Assembly (NCBI GenBank): GCA_011109175.1
Contig: RDEW01000026.1
Span: 186,001 to 250,000, forward strand
From: Dicyema japonicum
Lineage: Eukaryota > Animalia > Dicyemida
Reading direction: 5' to 3'
Length of the DNA: 64,000 bases
Shown here: positions 1-18,447 of the stretch, piece after piece
Numbering within the stretch: position 1 is the first letter of the stretch
How the letters are laid out: each line of letters begins with the position of its first letter
Translations under genes and position numbers: made by a program
The notes under the pieces: generated by a model
The model's database searches: none
What the model was told of the DNA's origin: nothing
Seen by the model: only the letters and a program-made list of their open reading frames with translations

Positions 1-1454
1 ATGGCTTTATGGAACGTGAAGAGTCTTTGGATGATATTTCCCAGTACGAACGACTCAGGAAACTAGGAGACAGGAAGGTTCTGGACCAAATTAGAAAAAA
101 GAGGAGGAATGAGTCTCACAGGAGGAAGTTTTTGAAGCCACATGTTTAAAATGTTTATATAAAATTATAGAATTACGGGGGGGTTTTCGGCAGTGTTAAA
201 GAAGATAATGAAGATGATGAAGGAGATGACTATGATGATATTGAGTTAAGACTTTCCCATGATTTGAAGAAAATGCACGTTCTCATTTGATCTAAAAAGT
301 CTAGGACAAAGCTGGGGGAGATAGCAATATTGGAAGTCGGGAGATGGATTTGCTGAAGATTATTCTGTGTGTGTCATTTTATCCTCAGTTTGCTTATGCA
401 GATGACTTTAATCGTATAAAAAACGACCAATTCTTCCACACAAAAGTTTAATCACCTCATTTATTTTCTATAGGAAAAGCCCTTTGTACAGGTCCACCCC
501 TCATCTGTTTACGCCTCTATGTCTGATGTATTGAAGGCTGAAGAAGGCTCAGCATTGCTTCTTATATATCTGTATTGATCTTCTTTATGTTCAAGGTCAC
601 TCCTTGAGACCAACAAACCATATTTGATCAATGTCATGCCAGTCCCTGCCCTCCAGGCACTGTTGTTGTTCTCTGCTCATATTGACACTGATAAAGAATG
701 TGGGAGGTTTGGATTTTACTTATGGTAGGATTATATGTGATGATTGGCTTGAGGTGAGAGTCATGGGAGAAGGAGAAGAGGCGGTTCATCAGTCCATAAA
801 GCTGAGGAAGCTGTGGCTAGATATGCTAGAACTGAAACTCCAAGCTGTGGGTTTGCATTAATATTACCTGTGCAGAAAACGAGGACGCAGAGTTGAAGAA
901 TCGTAAAAGAGTTGGTAAAACGAGAAAAGAGTTGACTAAACGACTGTGTTCATTTATAAATCATCGATATTCATACAAATTGAGGCGGATTATGCCAGCT
1001 GAACTTGATAATTCGTTTATTTCTCCAGGTTATATCATTTATTTACTTTAGATGACACTACTCAAGTTCTGTGGGATGGTTGTGGGCACTACAAAATTGA
1101 CAAAACACGTGGGGGATTAGTCATATCTCCCTTTATTACACATGGATGGTTTTAGTATGTCTGATTTTTAGTCTGAAGCCGGTGGAGGAGGTCGATTGTG
1201 AGGCAGAATTCCTTTTTGGAGATAATATGCAGAGGCACTGGAATTGTCCTAATTGTGGAGTGGACATGATTGTGACTCTGGTGCAGAGACTGAGGCACGA
1301 GGAGGGGTGTAAGGCTAGAGAGGTTGATGAAGATGAGGATGAGTTATATGTGAATGATGGTGATGATAAGATTAATTATGAATGTGGGATTTGTAATAGA
1401 CTGCTACGATTGAGTGCTACGCAAATACTACGACATAAAATGACTCATTCTTGA
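1..1454 (+). CDS. DHX34: DEAH-box RNA helicase DHX34 (NMD factor), 3' part of a multi-exon gene; 5' end lies outside the window
   Basis: Spliced translation gives [59 protein letters not shown] and a C-terminal pair of zinc-finger-like motifs ([16 protein letters not shown]; [24 protein letters not shown]). These match the remembered DHX34 C-terminus in order. Tiny GT-AG introns are present (e.g. 144-170). Stop codon at 1452-1454. Confidence 0.9.
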
Positions 1455-2136
1455 TTATATTGGGTTTCACTTTATAAAATTTATATCAATTACTGAAATA
1501 ATCACTTTCTTTAAAATCAGGATTTATTACATAAACCATCAATAATGCATGATAATTAATAGGGCAATTTTTTAATTGCATTATGGAAAAATAAACGAAA
1601 TTATTTGTTGCAATACGAAATTAAATATTCCTGAACATTTTCAGGCTTAAAGTTTCGATTTTTAGCAAGAATTTTTGTCAGAGATATCGCCTTTTCAACT
1701 AAGGCTGAGCTTCCGCAAAAATTTTTAAGGTATGAGTAAATTTCTTGCGAAATATTTTTATTTGAGAAATCAAGAATACTTAGTATCCAAGATTTCTGAA
1801 GGTTTTTTGATATATAATTTTTTACATTGCACCAAACTGATGAAAATTCTAGATTTTTCAATAGAATAATCGAGTAGTTCGTATTTGAAATCATTTTAAT
1901 TACAACAAATAGTTTGAGTTGATTTCGGTTAAACTTGAAAACAACGTGGGAATACTAACTGATTCTTTGGCCTAAAATAATTAAGAATCGAAACATTTTT
2001 GATCAAAACACCGTCTCCTTCAAATTCAGAGACAATTTTAATAATTTATGGAATATTCTGGGAGTAATATTTGGCTGCTTTAAGCCAGCTTCCCCATATT
2101 TGTTTTCCTATTTCCCAGCGTCTTTTGTTTTCACCG

Positions 2137-2216
2137 TTTTTTTATTAAACCCCATGACCACCAAGAAAGATAGGTCAAAACTAATTAGGTGATCCTAACC
2201 TCCAACAACATCCGAA
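2137..2216 (-). mobile_element. 3' terminus of a Jockey/I-like LINE
   Basis: Minus strand reads RMLLEVRIT* followed by TCTTTCTTGGTGGTCATGGGGTTTAATAAAAAAA. The same terminal motif occurs at other LINE 3' ends in this window (e.g. 34821-34873). Confidence 0.6.
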
Positions 2217-2340
2217 CTCTCTTCATTCAGTCTTCTGATGATCCAATCGTTTTTTATTCTTCACCGTGGCAGCTTTTACAGAAAAAAATCAGGTTATCAA
2301 CATCTGTGAAATAGTGTTTCTTGTAAGGTTGTTTGAGTCT

Positions 2341-2600
2341 AATGATGAGGGCAAAGGAGAAAAAATAGGAAGTGCTACTCGACCGATTCGCGTTCTACTT
2401 CATTGTTGTTGAGACGACTGGTGGAATAAGTGGGAAATTGCTTCGTTTCATAGAGAAGCTTAGACGCCTCGCTACACTAAAAAACCACGACGCACTTGAG
2501 ACCCGTGGCTTTTCCAGATGATCTCTGTTGCAATCGTGAAAGGCAACGTTACGTCTGTAATGTCGGCTGGGACCACGTTTGATGGATTTTTGTGTTAATT
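2341..2600 (+). mobile_element. CRE-clade non-LTR retrotransposon (family B), 3' fragment, C-terminal end of restriction-like endonuclease region
   Basis: Translates to IVVETTGGISGKLLRFIEKLRRLATLKNHDALETR(W)..ISVAIVKGNVTS. Clear nucleotide similarity to 28830-29050 and 32835-33300. Confidence 0.75.
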
Positions 2601-2679
2601 TATTAATTTCGTTAATAAATGTCCAATGAGAAGAGCTGTTCAGGATTCTCGACCCCGCCGGACTCGTCCTCACCTTTGT

Positions 2680-2746
2680 CGGTCTGGGATCACTTAGTTA
2701 GATTTCTTTCTCTTTGACCCAGTGATCCTGGGTAATAATAATAATT
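2680..2746 (+). mobile_element. 3' terminus of a Jockey/I-like LINE with (TAA)n tail
   Basis: GGG ATC ACT TAG (G-I-T-stop) at 2686-2697, then CAGTGATCCTGGG and TAATAATAATAA. Confidence 0.6.
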
Positions 2747-2940
2747 AATTTCGTTTGTTAACGGTAATAAATCGGATAATAACAAAAACTTGTTGAAAAA
2801 ATGATAGATATTTTTGCCAGTTGTTATTTCTTTCATAGGGATAATAGCAAATAATTCTTCCTTGACAGTTATATCATGGAAAATTAAACAAGAAAATACA
2901 CATAGTTTCGCGATATCAATCGATTGAGTTTTAACGAAAA

Positions 2941-3040
2941 GGCTGGACTGGGACTAGACGTTTGCCAGGAGCACCGATGCGGATGTGATCGTCAGAGCTC
3001 TGAAGGCTTCAGGGTTCCCAGCACAGCTTGAACCAAAATT
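2941..3040 (+). mobile_element. Small internally deleted CRE-clade fragment
   Basis: LGLDVCQEHRCGC is joined directly, in another frame, to DVIVRALKASGFPAQLEP. Both are parts of the CRE zinc-knuckle/RLE region seen intact at 36087-36750. Confidence 0.6.
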
Positions 3041-3379
3041 TTTTGTTTAAAAAAAATTATTTTAATTATTTTTACATTATTTAAAAAATTATTTTAAAAA
3101 ATAATTGCAAAAAGTTTCAACCATTGCCTAAAATTGTAGAAATTGCAGAAATTGCAATTTTAAAAAAAAATATTTAACTAAAATTAATTATTATTCACTA
3201 TTTTATTATTTATCTAACTTTTATTAAATTTATTCACTTTATAAAAAAACATTGATAGTTAATTGATGATAACCCTATTCTGATAAAAATCAAAAGCGAA
3301 ATTACAGTGGAAAAAAGAAACCTGCATATACAATCTTGCAAATTGGCAATTATTCCGATCAGTTACAGACCAACATTTG

Positions 3380-4443
3380 GCTAATATACAGCTGGAAAAC
3401 TTTACCTCCCTTTATATAGTGGTTGCCTACGTCAACAAAGTCATCCTGGAAGCAAGAACAATGGCTGTTCCTAAAAGATATGTCGTTTACACGAGAGAGT
3501 ACGGAAGGAAGGCTCTGGTCAAGGAACGAAACCGTCTCAAAAAAGCAGGGATCCGTTCCTCCGAAGCAAGGATCCGTCTAAAGTGTTGAACGAGGAAATA
3601 AAAGCAATAAATTCAAAATACAGAGAGCTAAATGGAAGATGGTCCTTATGTCATTAAATCGAAACCGGTCAACATCCGAAGTCTGGAAGACTATTCGAAA
3701 TATCTCGAAGGTGGATGAAAGAACACCCGGAAATGACGAATTCAGCCAAAATGACCTAAACGCCCTAATAAAATAATACGCGAAAATCTCTCACAAAAAC
3801 CACCTGACCCACCTAAACCGCCTCTAAGAAAACCGAAAAGGGATCAATTAACTTATTTCACGGAAAAGGAGGTAATGGAATCCCTAAGCCAAACGAAAGT
3901 AACACATTCTCATGTTCCAGACGGAAATTTCATAATCCTCCTGAAAAACCTAGGCAATAAGGAAATCAGTACCCTGACCAAAATCTACAACTGGTCGATT
4001 AATTATAACTCAATCTCAACGATGTGGAAACTTGCAAACATTCGCCCAGTATTGAAGCCAGAAAAATCGAAAGAGGACCCAACTCCCTTCAGGCCTATTC
4101 TCTCTTATGCTCCATGTCAAAAATTCTAAAAAAGGTTATCCTCGCAAAAATCACTGAAAGGACTCCCGATAAACCGTTCCAGCATGGTTTCAAAAAGGAT
4201 CGGTCCACAACGAGCTATCTCACATTCCTGACTAACTTTATTCGCTCTGGATTTCTGTGCAAGCCAAGACACCAGAAAACTGTGTTATGCTCACTAGACG
4301 TCCACAAAGCTTTCGACTCTGTGCCGAGGAAAAATCTAACATGGAAAATCTACCAATCAGATATCCCTGAAAACCTCAAACGCTGGCTGATGAACTTCCT
4401 CAGCGGACGAAGAGGTAGAGTGTGTATTGGAAACATTCATTAG
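3380..4443 (+). mobile_element. Degenerate Jockey/I-like LINE reverse transcriptase fragment
   Basis: WKLANIRPVLKPEKSKEDPTPFRPI, QHGFKKDRSTT, SLDVHKAFDSVP, RWLMNFLSGRRGRV. Frameshifted and truncated before the YADD motif. Confidence 0.9.
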
Positions 4444-4447
4444 ACTT

Positions 4448-4508
4448 TGATAAGAAGGGCTGCATACTACGACCGGTTGCGGTCGGGTTTGTCTTTAGAA
4501 GACTGCGC
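4448..4508 (+). mobile_element. Short CRE-clade RT fragment abutting the preceding LINE
   Basis: DKKGCILRPVAVGFVFRRL, homologous to NKKGG*VRPVADVYVFRRL in the CRE copy near 47300 (minus strand). Confidence 0.6.
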
Positions 4509-4684
4509 TAAAAAATGATTCAGTCATTTCATGAATTGACTAAAATTGTAATAAATTTTCTCGCTTATTACCAAATATGTTTCCTACTTTTTCGATTTTT
4601 AATCCTAATAATTTAAAAACAATTTTAAAGAACATTAATTTTTGACTTTATTGACAAAAATCGCCCTAATTATAAATGACTGAC

Positions 4685-5300
4685 TAATATACACTTTTGG
4701 GTATTTTCCATTCACAAGCCTGTTTAAAGGATCCATTATAATAACAAAAAGATGTGGAGACAATAAATCTTGTAAAGTACCCCCTTGATCTCTACTGTTC
4801 CAATTTAGTTTTTATTAAAATTCAATTTGACTGTCACTTACCAGACTTAATTAATAATCCGACGTTCAAGTCCACAACATTCCAGGATTTGAAATAAAAA
4901 TTAGTGATCTACCGATCGAACTTTCCTTCACATCAATAAAAAATATAAGCGACTTAAAATTTCTGATAATACATTGATTGATCGAGGCATTTTCCTTAGC
5001 ATCCTGGCACATTCTTCTCGTTCCAAGTTGATTGTAAGAAATAAGTTTGTATGTTTCAACGAAATCACTTAATTTTTTAGTTAACACAAGTTGGCCTAAA
5101 TCTTTCGGAGATTGGTAAATTGCTTCTTACTTCAGATAACTTATTGGCCTGACTAAATGTTATCTCCAATGAATACTCCTTAATTGCGATATTAATTCCA
5201 AAAGTATCACAATTTCACGAAAATTGGTGATCTCTAAGAAAGGGTATTCAGGATAATCATTCCAAAAGCCTTTCAATATCATCTTGTGGTTAGACATATA
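4685..5300 (-). mobile_element. Degenerate R4/Dong-like (RLE-type) non-LTR retrotransposon RT fragment
   Basis: ISYNQLGTRRMCQDAKENASIN, FIDVK..DSVDH*FLFQILECCGL, KIGTVEIK.GVL..DLLSPHLFVIIMDPLNRLVNGKYPKV. These are RT subdomains 2-4, with stops and frameshifts. Confidence 0.7.
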
Positions 5301-5433
5301 TCCTATAAAATGGACTAAAAAGAGTGAAAACAAATTATACTTAAATCTGTGGTTTTATTGATAGTTAATTTGATAATGAACAAACAAGATTTATTTTTAT
5401 TAAACCAGTATATCGTTAAGACTATTAAGGGGC

Positions 5434-5736
5434 TTAATCTTCAACCAATTTCTCTCCAATAATGTCGGAACTCTCGATTTGGTACTCTGAGTTGAGATAA
5501 TCCATGAGCGGATTGGTTGGGTTATCCACGTGGACGAAGGGTTCAAGTCTTTCGGTAGCGTAAACATAGACCTTCCTAGTTGGGGATACAATTACTAGTG
5601 CCACATCACTTCCTGTGAGGACTGATAGTTCGTAAGCCTTTTTCATTATTCCTTGTTTTCTTTTTGTAAGGGCTTGACGTCTGCGAAGGTTATTTTCAAT
5701 GTATTTTATTGTGATCTTGGATTTCCCACTAGGCAT
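5434..5736 (-). CDS. Minimal (100 aa), intronless SRF/MCM1-type MADS-box transcription factor
   Basis: GKSKITIKYIENNLRRRQALTKRKQGIMKKAYELSVLTGSDVALVIVSPTRKVYVYATERLEP. The MADS core plus a SAM-like segment aligns better with SRF/MCM1 than with MEF2. First ATG at 5736; the ORF track starts at an upstream TTG. Confidence 0.85.
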   Translation of the reverse strand: MPSGKSKITIKYIENNLRRRQALTKRKQGIMKKAYELSVLTGSDVALVIVSPTRKVYVYATERLEPFVHVDNPTNPLMDYLNSEYQIESSDIIGEKLVED

Positions 5737-5860
5737 ATTCAACGATGTAATTTATTATTTATTTTATTTATTTGAACAGTTTTTATTCATAATTTAAAAA
5801 TAATCTTAATGATTTTAAGGTCATTTTGTGATTTTAGTCATAATTCACTTAAATTATATA

Positions 5861-5968
5861 ACCTGACGGCTCTTTTGGTTTGTCGGTGATTCTTCGCTTA
5901 ATGAAGCCGGGATCACCTGACGGCCCCACTCTCTTTTGTTTTGTCGGTGATTCTTGGTTTTAAATAAA
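5861..5968 (+). repeat. Two tandem LINE 3' ends (imperfect direct repeat)
   Basis: ACCTGACGGC..TCTTTTG.TTTGTCGGTGATTCTT occurs at 5861-5895 and 5915-5955. The second copy is preceded by GCC GGG ATC ACC TGA. It matches the terminus of the LINE at 25023-25086. Confidence 0.65.
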
Positions 5969-5989
5969 TACATAACCGAAAAGTAATGG

Positions 5990-6630
5990 CATCTTACTTT
6001 TCTGAAAAAGAAGTGAAGGAAGTCCTGAGTCAGACCAGGTTAACACGTTCACATGGGCCAATGGGATTCCAATCATAATCTTGAAAAATACTGACCAAAG
6101 TATATAATTTGCCCATAAACCACAATTCAATTCCAATGTTATAGAAACTTATGAACAACTGACCTATATTGGAAATGAGAAAACCGAACAAGGACCCGAC
6201 TTCATTCAGACCAGCTAGTCCTTGTGAAAATCAAAGACCTTCTAAAATGTCTATATAAAATCGGTAATAATCCCTTACTAAAAACGTTTTACTCGCAATA
6301 CATTAAGACGTGCATTTCCTTTCCATGTGCTTTGTTGGAACCTTACGTTTCTGGATTAATGCTCAAAAAACTGCGGTTATAGACAAAAGTCTTTTGGGGT
6401 GATAAAGAAGTGATCTACGGACAAAAAACATAATGTCAGCAACCTTGGAGATTCTAATTGGAAGGAATAACGGAGGAGGCCTGATCCAACGTGATCACGA
6501 GACAATCCGACCCAAACGAGCTTGTGTAAGATCAAGGGAGGAGCATTGAGTAAAGCTGGGAGACTGCCTTTAATTTGTCGGGATCACTTAGGTTGTTTTT
6601 CAGTTTAACGGTGGTCTTGGAATAATAATT
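5990..6630 (+). mobile_element. Fragmented Jockey/I-like LINE (RT linker fragment plus 3' end)
   Basis: 5990-6240 translates to YFSEKEVKEVLSQTRLTRSHGP.., similar to 3860-4100. 6580-6630 has GGGATCACTTAG..GGTGGTCTTGG-AATAATAAT. Confidence 0.6.
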
Positions 6631-7204
6631 TATTCAAATTCTGCTTAAAGAGGAGGGTCGTGAAAAGTAATGAGATCTAAGGTGGAGCACTAATAAATCT
6701 TTCGAAAGGTCTGGATTACCACTTAATTAGTTGGTTAAACTCCTTTTTTTTGGTGCTCCCTTATTTTGGGTTAAATAATAATTATCTCTATCTTTTTAAT
6801 AGCTTGGCCTGGAGGTGCTAGGATTTCTCTTCCTTCTTCTAGTGGCGTCATCACCTTAACTCAGAAGATGCCTGTTAAGTATTCAAAAGGATCCATTTCT
6901 TCATTCCACTGGGAAACTATTTTTCCCTGGTGATGAGTACTGGCTTAGATCTCCTCTGGATCACTGTGCCTGAATAAGGGTTCAACTGGAATGCGTCAGT
7001 ATCACGGGGTTATTTATTGTGGTTTTGGACTGGAGTAGTTTCATTTCCTTTGTTAATCACCTCCTCGAGGTCAAGGTTGGATACTATCTTTTTCATAGCA
7101 ACTAAAAACCCTCTTCACTTTCCTCACTTCCTCTCATGGGATTGTTAATTTAAGCAAGGACCTATAAATCCCTATGAAGACTTGGAAAAATCCGGGTCCA
7201 TCTA

Positions 7205-7720
7205 AAGGTCCTAATATCAACGGAACCTTCCGTAAACGAGACGAACTCGTGCTGTTTCTGAATGCCCACAACATTGCTCTTCTTTAAGAAACTCGTCTCC
7301 TTCAAAATCGACCTTATATGTGCGGATAGAACAAATGGTTAAACGATAGAGGTGTGCTACCAATGTTTCGGGATACCGTTGTCTTAACTAACACAGCGGA
7401 CAGTACACGCATAACAGTGTTGAATGACACTAATTTGGAGTTTCTATCAATAACCTTCGTCAATTTTTACATTCCCTTTCCATCCAATTGTCCCAAAAAT
7501 ATACAAACAGAATCTTTCATGTTTTCATTCGTGAGGGATTTAATTATATATGAGACTTCTTTTAGGTTTTTGCGTATCAACGGAATTGGAGGACCTCATG
7601 GTCCTAATGATTCACAGACGCTCTAATACTTATCATCTCACTGTATATTTTTTTGAACTTTCATCCCTTACTTCTTGGAGTGTAATAGATTATCTCCCAT
7701 CAGATCACAGAAACTGAATC
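7205..7720 (+). mobile_element. Degenerate LINE apurinic-like (EEP) endonuclease domain
   Basis: NINGTFRKRDELVLFLNAHNI..ETR, ITFVNFYIP and terminal SWSVIDYLPSDH motifs, with frameshifts. Confidence 0.7.
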
Positions 7721-8149
7721 CCATTTCAATGACTTCTCTGTAGCAAATTTTAATTGTCTATTAAATATTTTATGCTGATTGCAAATGTATTTCAGGGGGA
7801 TGTATTCTTTGGGTTTTCAGTTTCCTGGTAATGGAGTAGGTGGCCTCGATAAGGAAAAGACTGATGTGGAAAGAAGCAACACTTCTGAGACGCATTTCCG
7901 TAATAAACTTTTCTGGAGTTAATAAATATAATCAAACCAAATCCTTTAAGGAATAACTTACAGTATAATGGATTACTATTCGGAAATCACTCATAGAAAA
8001 TTACATTAAAACATAATTTTATGATCTTTGGATTACATATACTGAGAAGAAAATTGATGAATAACTGTGAAATTATTGAAATTTGCATAACAATACTATT
8101 TTTAGACACCTCTATTCAACTTTTCAATTAATTCTGGTCAACTTCCTTA

Positions 8150-9200
8150 GTCAATCTGACTTCCTTAACGATAATAGCCTTCACGACTATAAAAGAGACC
8201 GTTACAATATACGATTGCATAATGGACGGACGTAAAAGGAGGTGACTTTACTTATAATTTGTTAGTAAAAAAAAGAAGGTAAACGATTCCATTTACAAAC
8301 AATGTATTATAGACTATAAAGAACATATTGATGGTAAAGTAATTAAAACATGTTTAGATCCCACAAAGAATGAGACTGACCCACAAAGGATTAAGTATTT
8401 GAGATCTACTGAATACACACATAGACACTTGAATAGAGTGCTGAGTGGATATCTGAATGAATCAGTATATTATATGCATATTTTAGAATCTCTATGACTC
8501 TTCACAAGACAGTTATGAAGGGGATACATTAATATACAGGAACATTGTCAACTCATTCAGATGCTCTGAAAATAATAGAGAGATTGAATATTCTGACAAC
8601 ACAGAGTTAAATTTTAATATAATTTCAGTGATCAAATTAATGATCACAACGAAAATAGTCCTAACGTTGAGATGACTAATAAGGAGGAACCAAAAAAGAA
8701 AACAGAACCTAAACAGAAAAAAGTGAGAGTTCGAAACCCCCCATTGAGACGAACATATAATTTAAGATCACAAGCTACAAATATCAAAGAGGAATGTACT
8801 GCAAAGTGGAAATATTGATTTTTATAATTTTAGAGAACAATGTGATCCACCGAATAGTCTTAGTGGAGACATGAGTAAACAAGATAAACGTGAATATAGA
8901 AAACGTAAAGTCAAGCCAACGAGACGAAACGTTAGAATTCCTCCACCAAAACGAATTAATAAAAATATTAAAAAAGGTGGTTCTGAGAGTACAAAGTATG
9001 AATTTGATATAATCATAGAGTGAGGGACAATACAGTAAATGAGAGAGAAAATAATCGTAGTGGAGATATAACTAATAAAGATCTTAACGAATTAAAGGGA
9101 CTCAACCCAAACCTAAAAAACAGGGAGTTATAACAAAACGAACATACATCTTAAGACGACGCACTATAAATAATCCCTATAATTGAGACATTATTTAATT
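8150..9200 (+). pseudogene. Orphan micro-intron-containing gene or pseudogene with basic K/R-rich C-terminus
   Basis: A reading frame can be threaded through five 22-28 nt GT-AG introns (e.g. GTATATTATATGCATATTTTAG, GTTAAATTTTAATATAATTTCAG, GTGGAAATATTGATTTTTATAATTTTAG). It gives ..KKVRVRNPPLRRTYNLRSQ..KRKVKPTRRNVRIPPPKR... There is an in-frame stop near 8234 and a frameshift near 9108. No family recognised. Confidence 0.55.
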
Positions 9201-9469
9201 TTTATTATTATTTAATAAATATTTAAAAATAATTCTAGTTAAGTGATTTAAGGAATTTAAGAGTCCACTAATTTAATACAATTTTAATGTTATGTTCCTA
9301 AATGGAAGAAGAGGAAGAGTAACTGCTGGAAAAACTAGATCAGTTACCAAGTTCCTTCCAAATGAGTCCTTCAAGGATCTCCACTTTCACCACACCTATT
9401 CAACCTATTCTTGAATGACATGCCCTTCCTTACCAGTGACGATACTCTGGTTCTGACATATGCGGATGA
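8632..9469 (+). repeat. Copy 1 of an ~840-bp inverted duplication (orphan gene tail + AT-rich spacer + 5'-truncated LINE RT piece)
   Basis: The reverse complement of 25730-26569 aligns end to end. The RT part reads FLNGRRGRV..PQGSPLSPHLFNLFLNDMP..TYADD. Confidence 0.95.
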
Positions 9470-11074
9470 CTTCTCCATCTCTCTTCGGAAACCTATAATG
9501 AAGTATTGGGAGATGGATTTGGTCGGCACAACATGACATTATTGGGACAACTAATTGTAGTATCGTCAAGATAGCACAAATTGAAAGGATACTTCATATT
9601 GTATGGAACGTCGGCGATCGTCAAAGGGAAGAGAAGTCCCAACAGACATATTCAATATTCGAACAAAAAATAATTCCTTACTCACCTCCATGCTTGCAGG
9701 TTTGCTCCATAAAAGAGATCTTTTGCAAAAAAAACATTAGGTCCTATACACTATCTTTTTATCAAGGCGGTAAATAGAAGGTCCTCCTTAACACGGGTCG
9801 GATGTAAGTCATCCACTTTTCCATTACTGCGGTCAAATGATCCGATGGTGGATGCTTTGAAAATCGAATGTCATGGATAACCCAAATGTCGACAGAAAAG
9901 AGGAGACGATAGGTAGGCTTCATATCACATTAATGAAGTTTAAAACCCACATGCTATTGGAGACTGCAGACTCTTCTGGTTTCGACGACTCGGAACAAGG
10001 ACTACGCAAGGTAAAGGGTTTGTTGACGGACGAAATAGTTTTATTTGATAGATCTACCTATGGTGGTCCGAGAACCTAGAGCATAAGCATCGTCCATAGT
10101 TGTACGACCGTTAACTCTACTGCACTGTCGAATGAACATAATTAAAGCTTGGTTTACGATTTTGTCCTCCGATTTTTGGAAGTGAATATCAGGCGGTTTT
10201 TCTCAGTATGTATTACAGGAAATGCTTCCTCTCGTGGGTAGCATGCAGAGGCTGGGAGATATTTCATAATAACGGTGGTCTAATTATAACAGAGTAGATT
10301 GGATAAACAAATACACATGAAAAAGTCAGAGCATAAACAACAGTTAATTCCATGTTACAAGGAGTTGTTCATTTCACATCCAATTTGACTTTATGAGGAA
10401 GGGAAGTATTATTGTTTTGACGGGATAGCAAATAAAAAGTTCATGATGGTCATTTATCTTGTTTCTGTTTTAATGTAACAACAAGGACACGTTTTCAGTA
10501 AGATTGTCTCAATGATGGCTCATAAAATGATATAATCTAAGTAAGGAAATAAGTTAATAATATGACTACTGTGAATGACCTATTGATCCTCGTTCCCCTC
10601 CGTATTCTATAACATTTAAGAATGAGCAATTACACATAAATTAAAACATTGACCTAATTTGCAATTATTATGGGGATATTATGCATACAATAACGATAAA
10701 GCACAACCACAAGGATGATACAAATTAGATAAATCCAACCTTTAGGTTTAATAAAGCTTGAATATTGATTATTCTGAAGTATTAACCATTTAAGCAATCA
10801 CATGGTATCCTTTGTTTAAGATCATAATGACCATTTGTGAATAAGTAATTTCAAATAAATGCACACATTTATTAACCACAAAGATAACAAATTTATGAAG
10901 ATTTAATTTAAAAACTAATGTATAATTTGTCATTTTTTTAAATACTAATAATAAGTAATTTATGGAATCTATAAATTGAAAAAATGTAAAATTTAAGGTC
11001 TTTTAAAGTTTTATTATACAATGGCAAACCTAAAATATAATAAATAAATTCCGCATGATTCGAATTAATATTAA

Positions 11075-18447
<7,373 letters not shown>

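Noticed and set aside
200-245. GAT/GAA trinucleotide-like runs (also 1320-1370)
   Set aside because: They are acidic coding stretches of DHX34, not independent microsatellites.
1601-1894. 97-aa minus-strand ORF
   Set aside because: No recognisable motif, very AT-rich, and no splice-linked continuation that I could establish.
9480-9800. Faint resemblance on the minus strand to a Merlin/IS1595-like transposase (KELFFVRILNMSVGT)
   Set aside because: No catalytic residues or TIRs identifiable; too degenerate to support.
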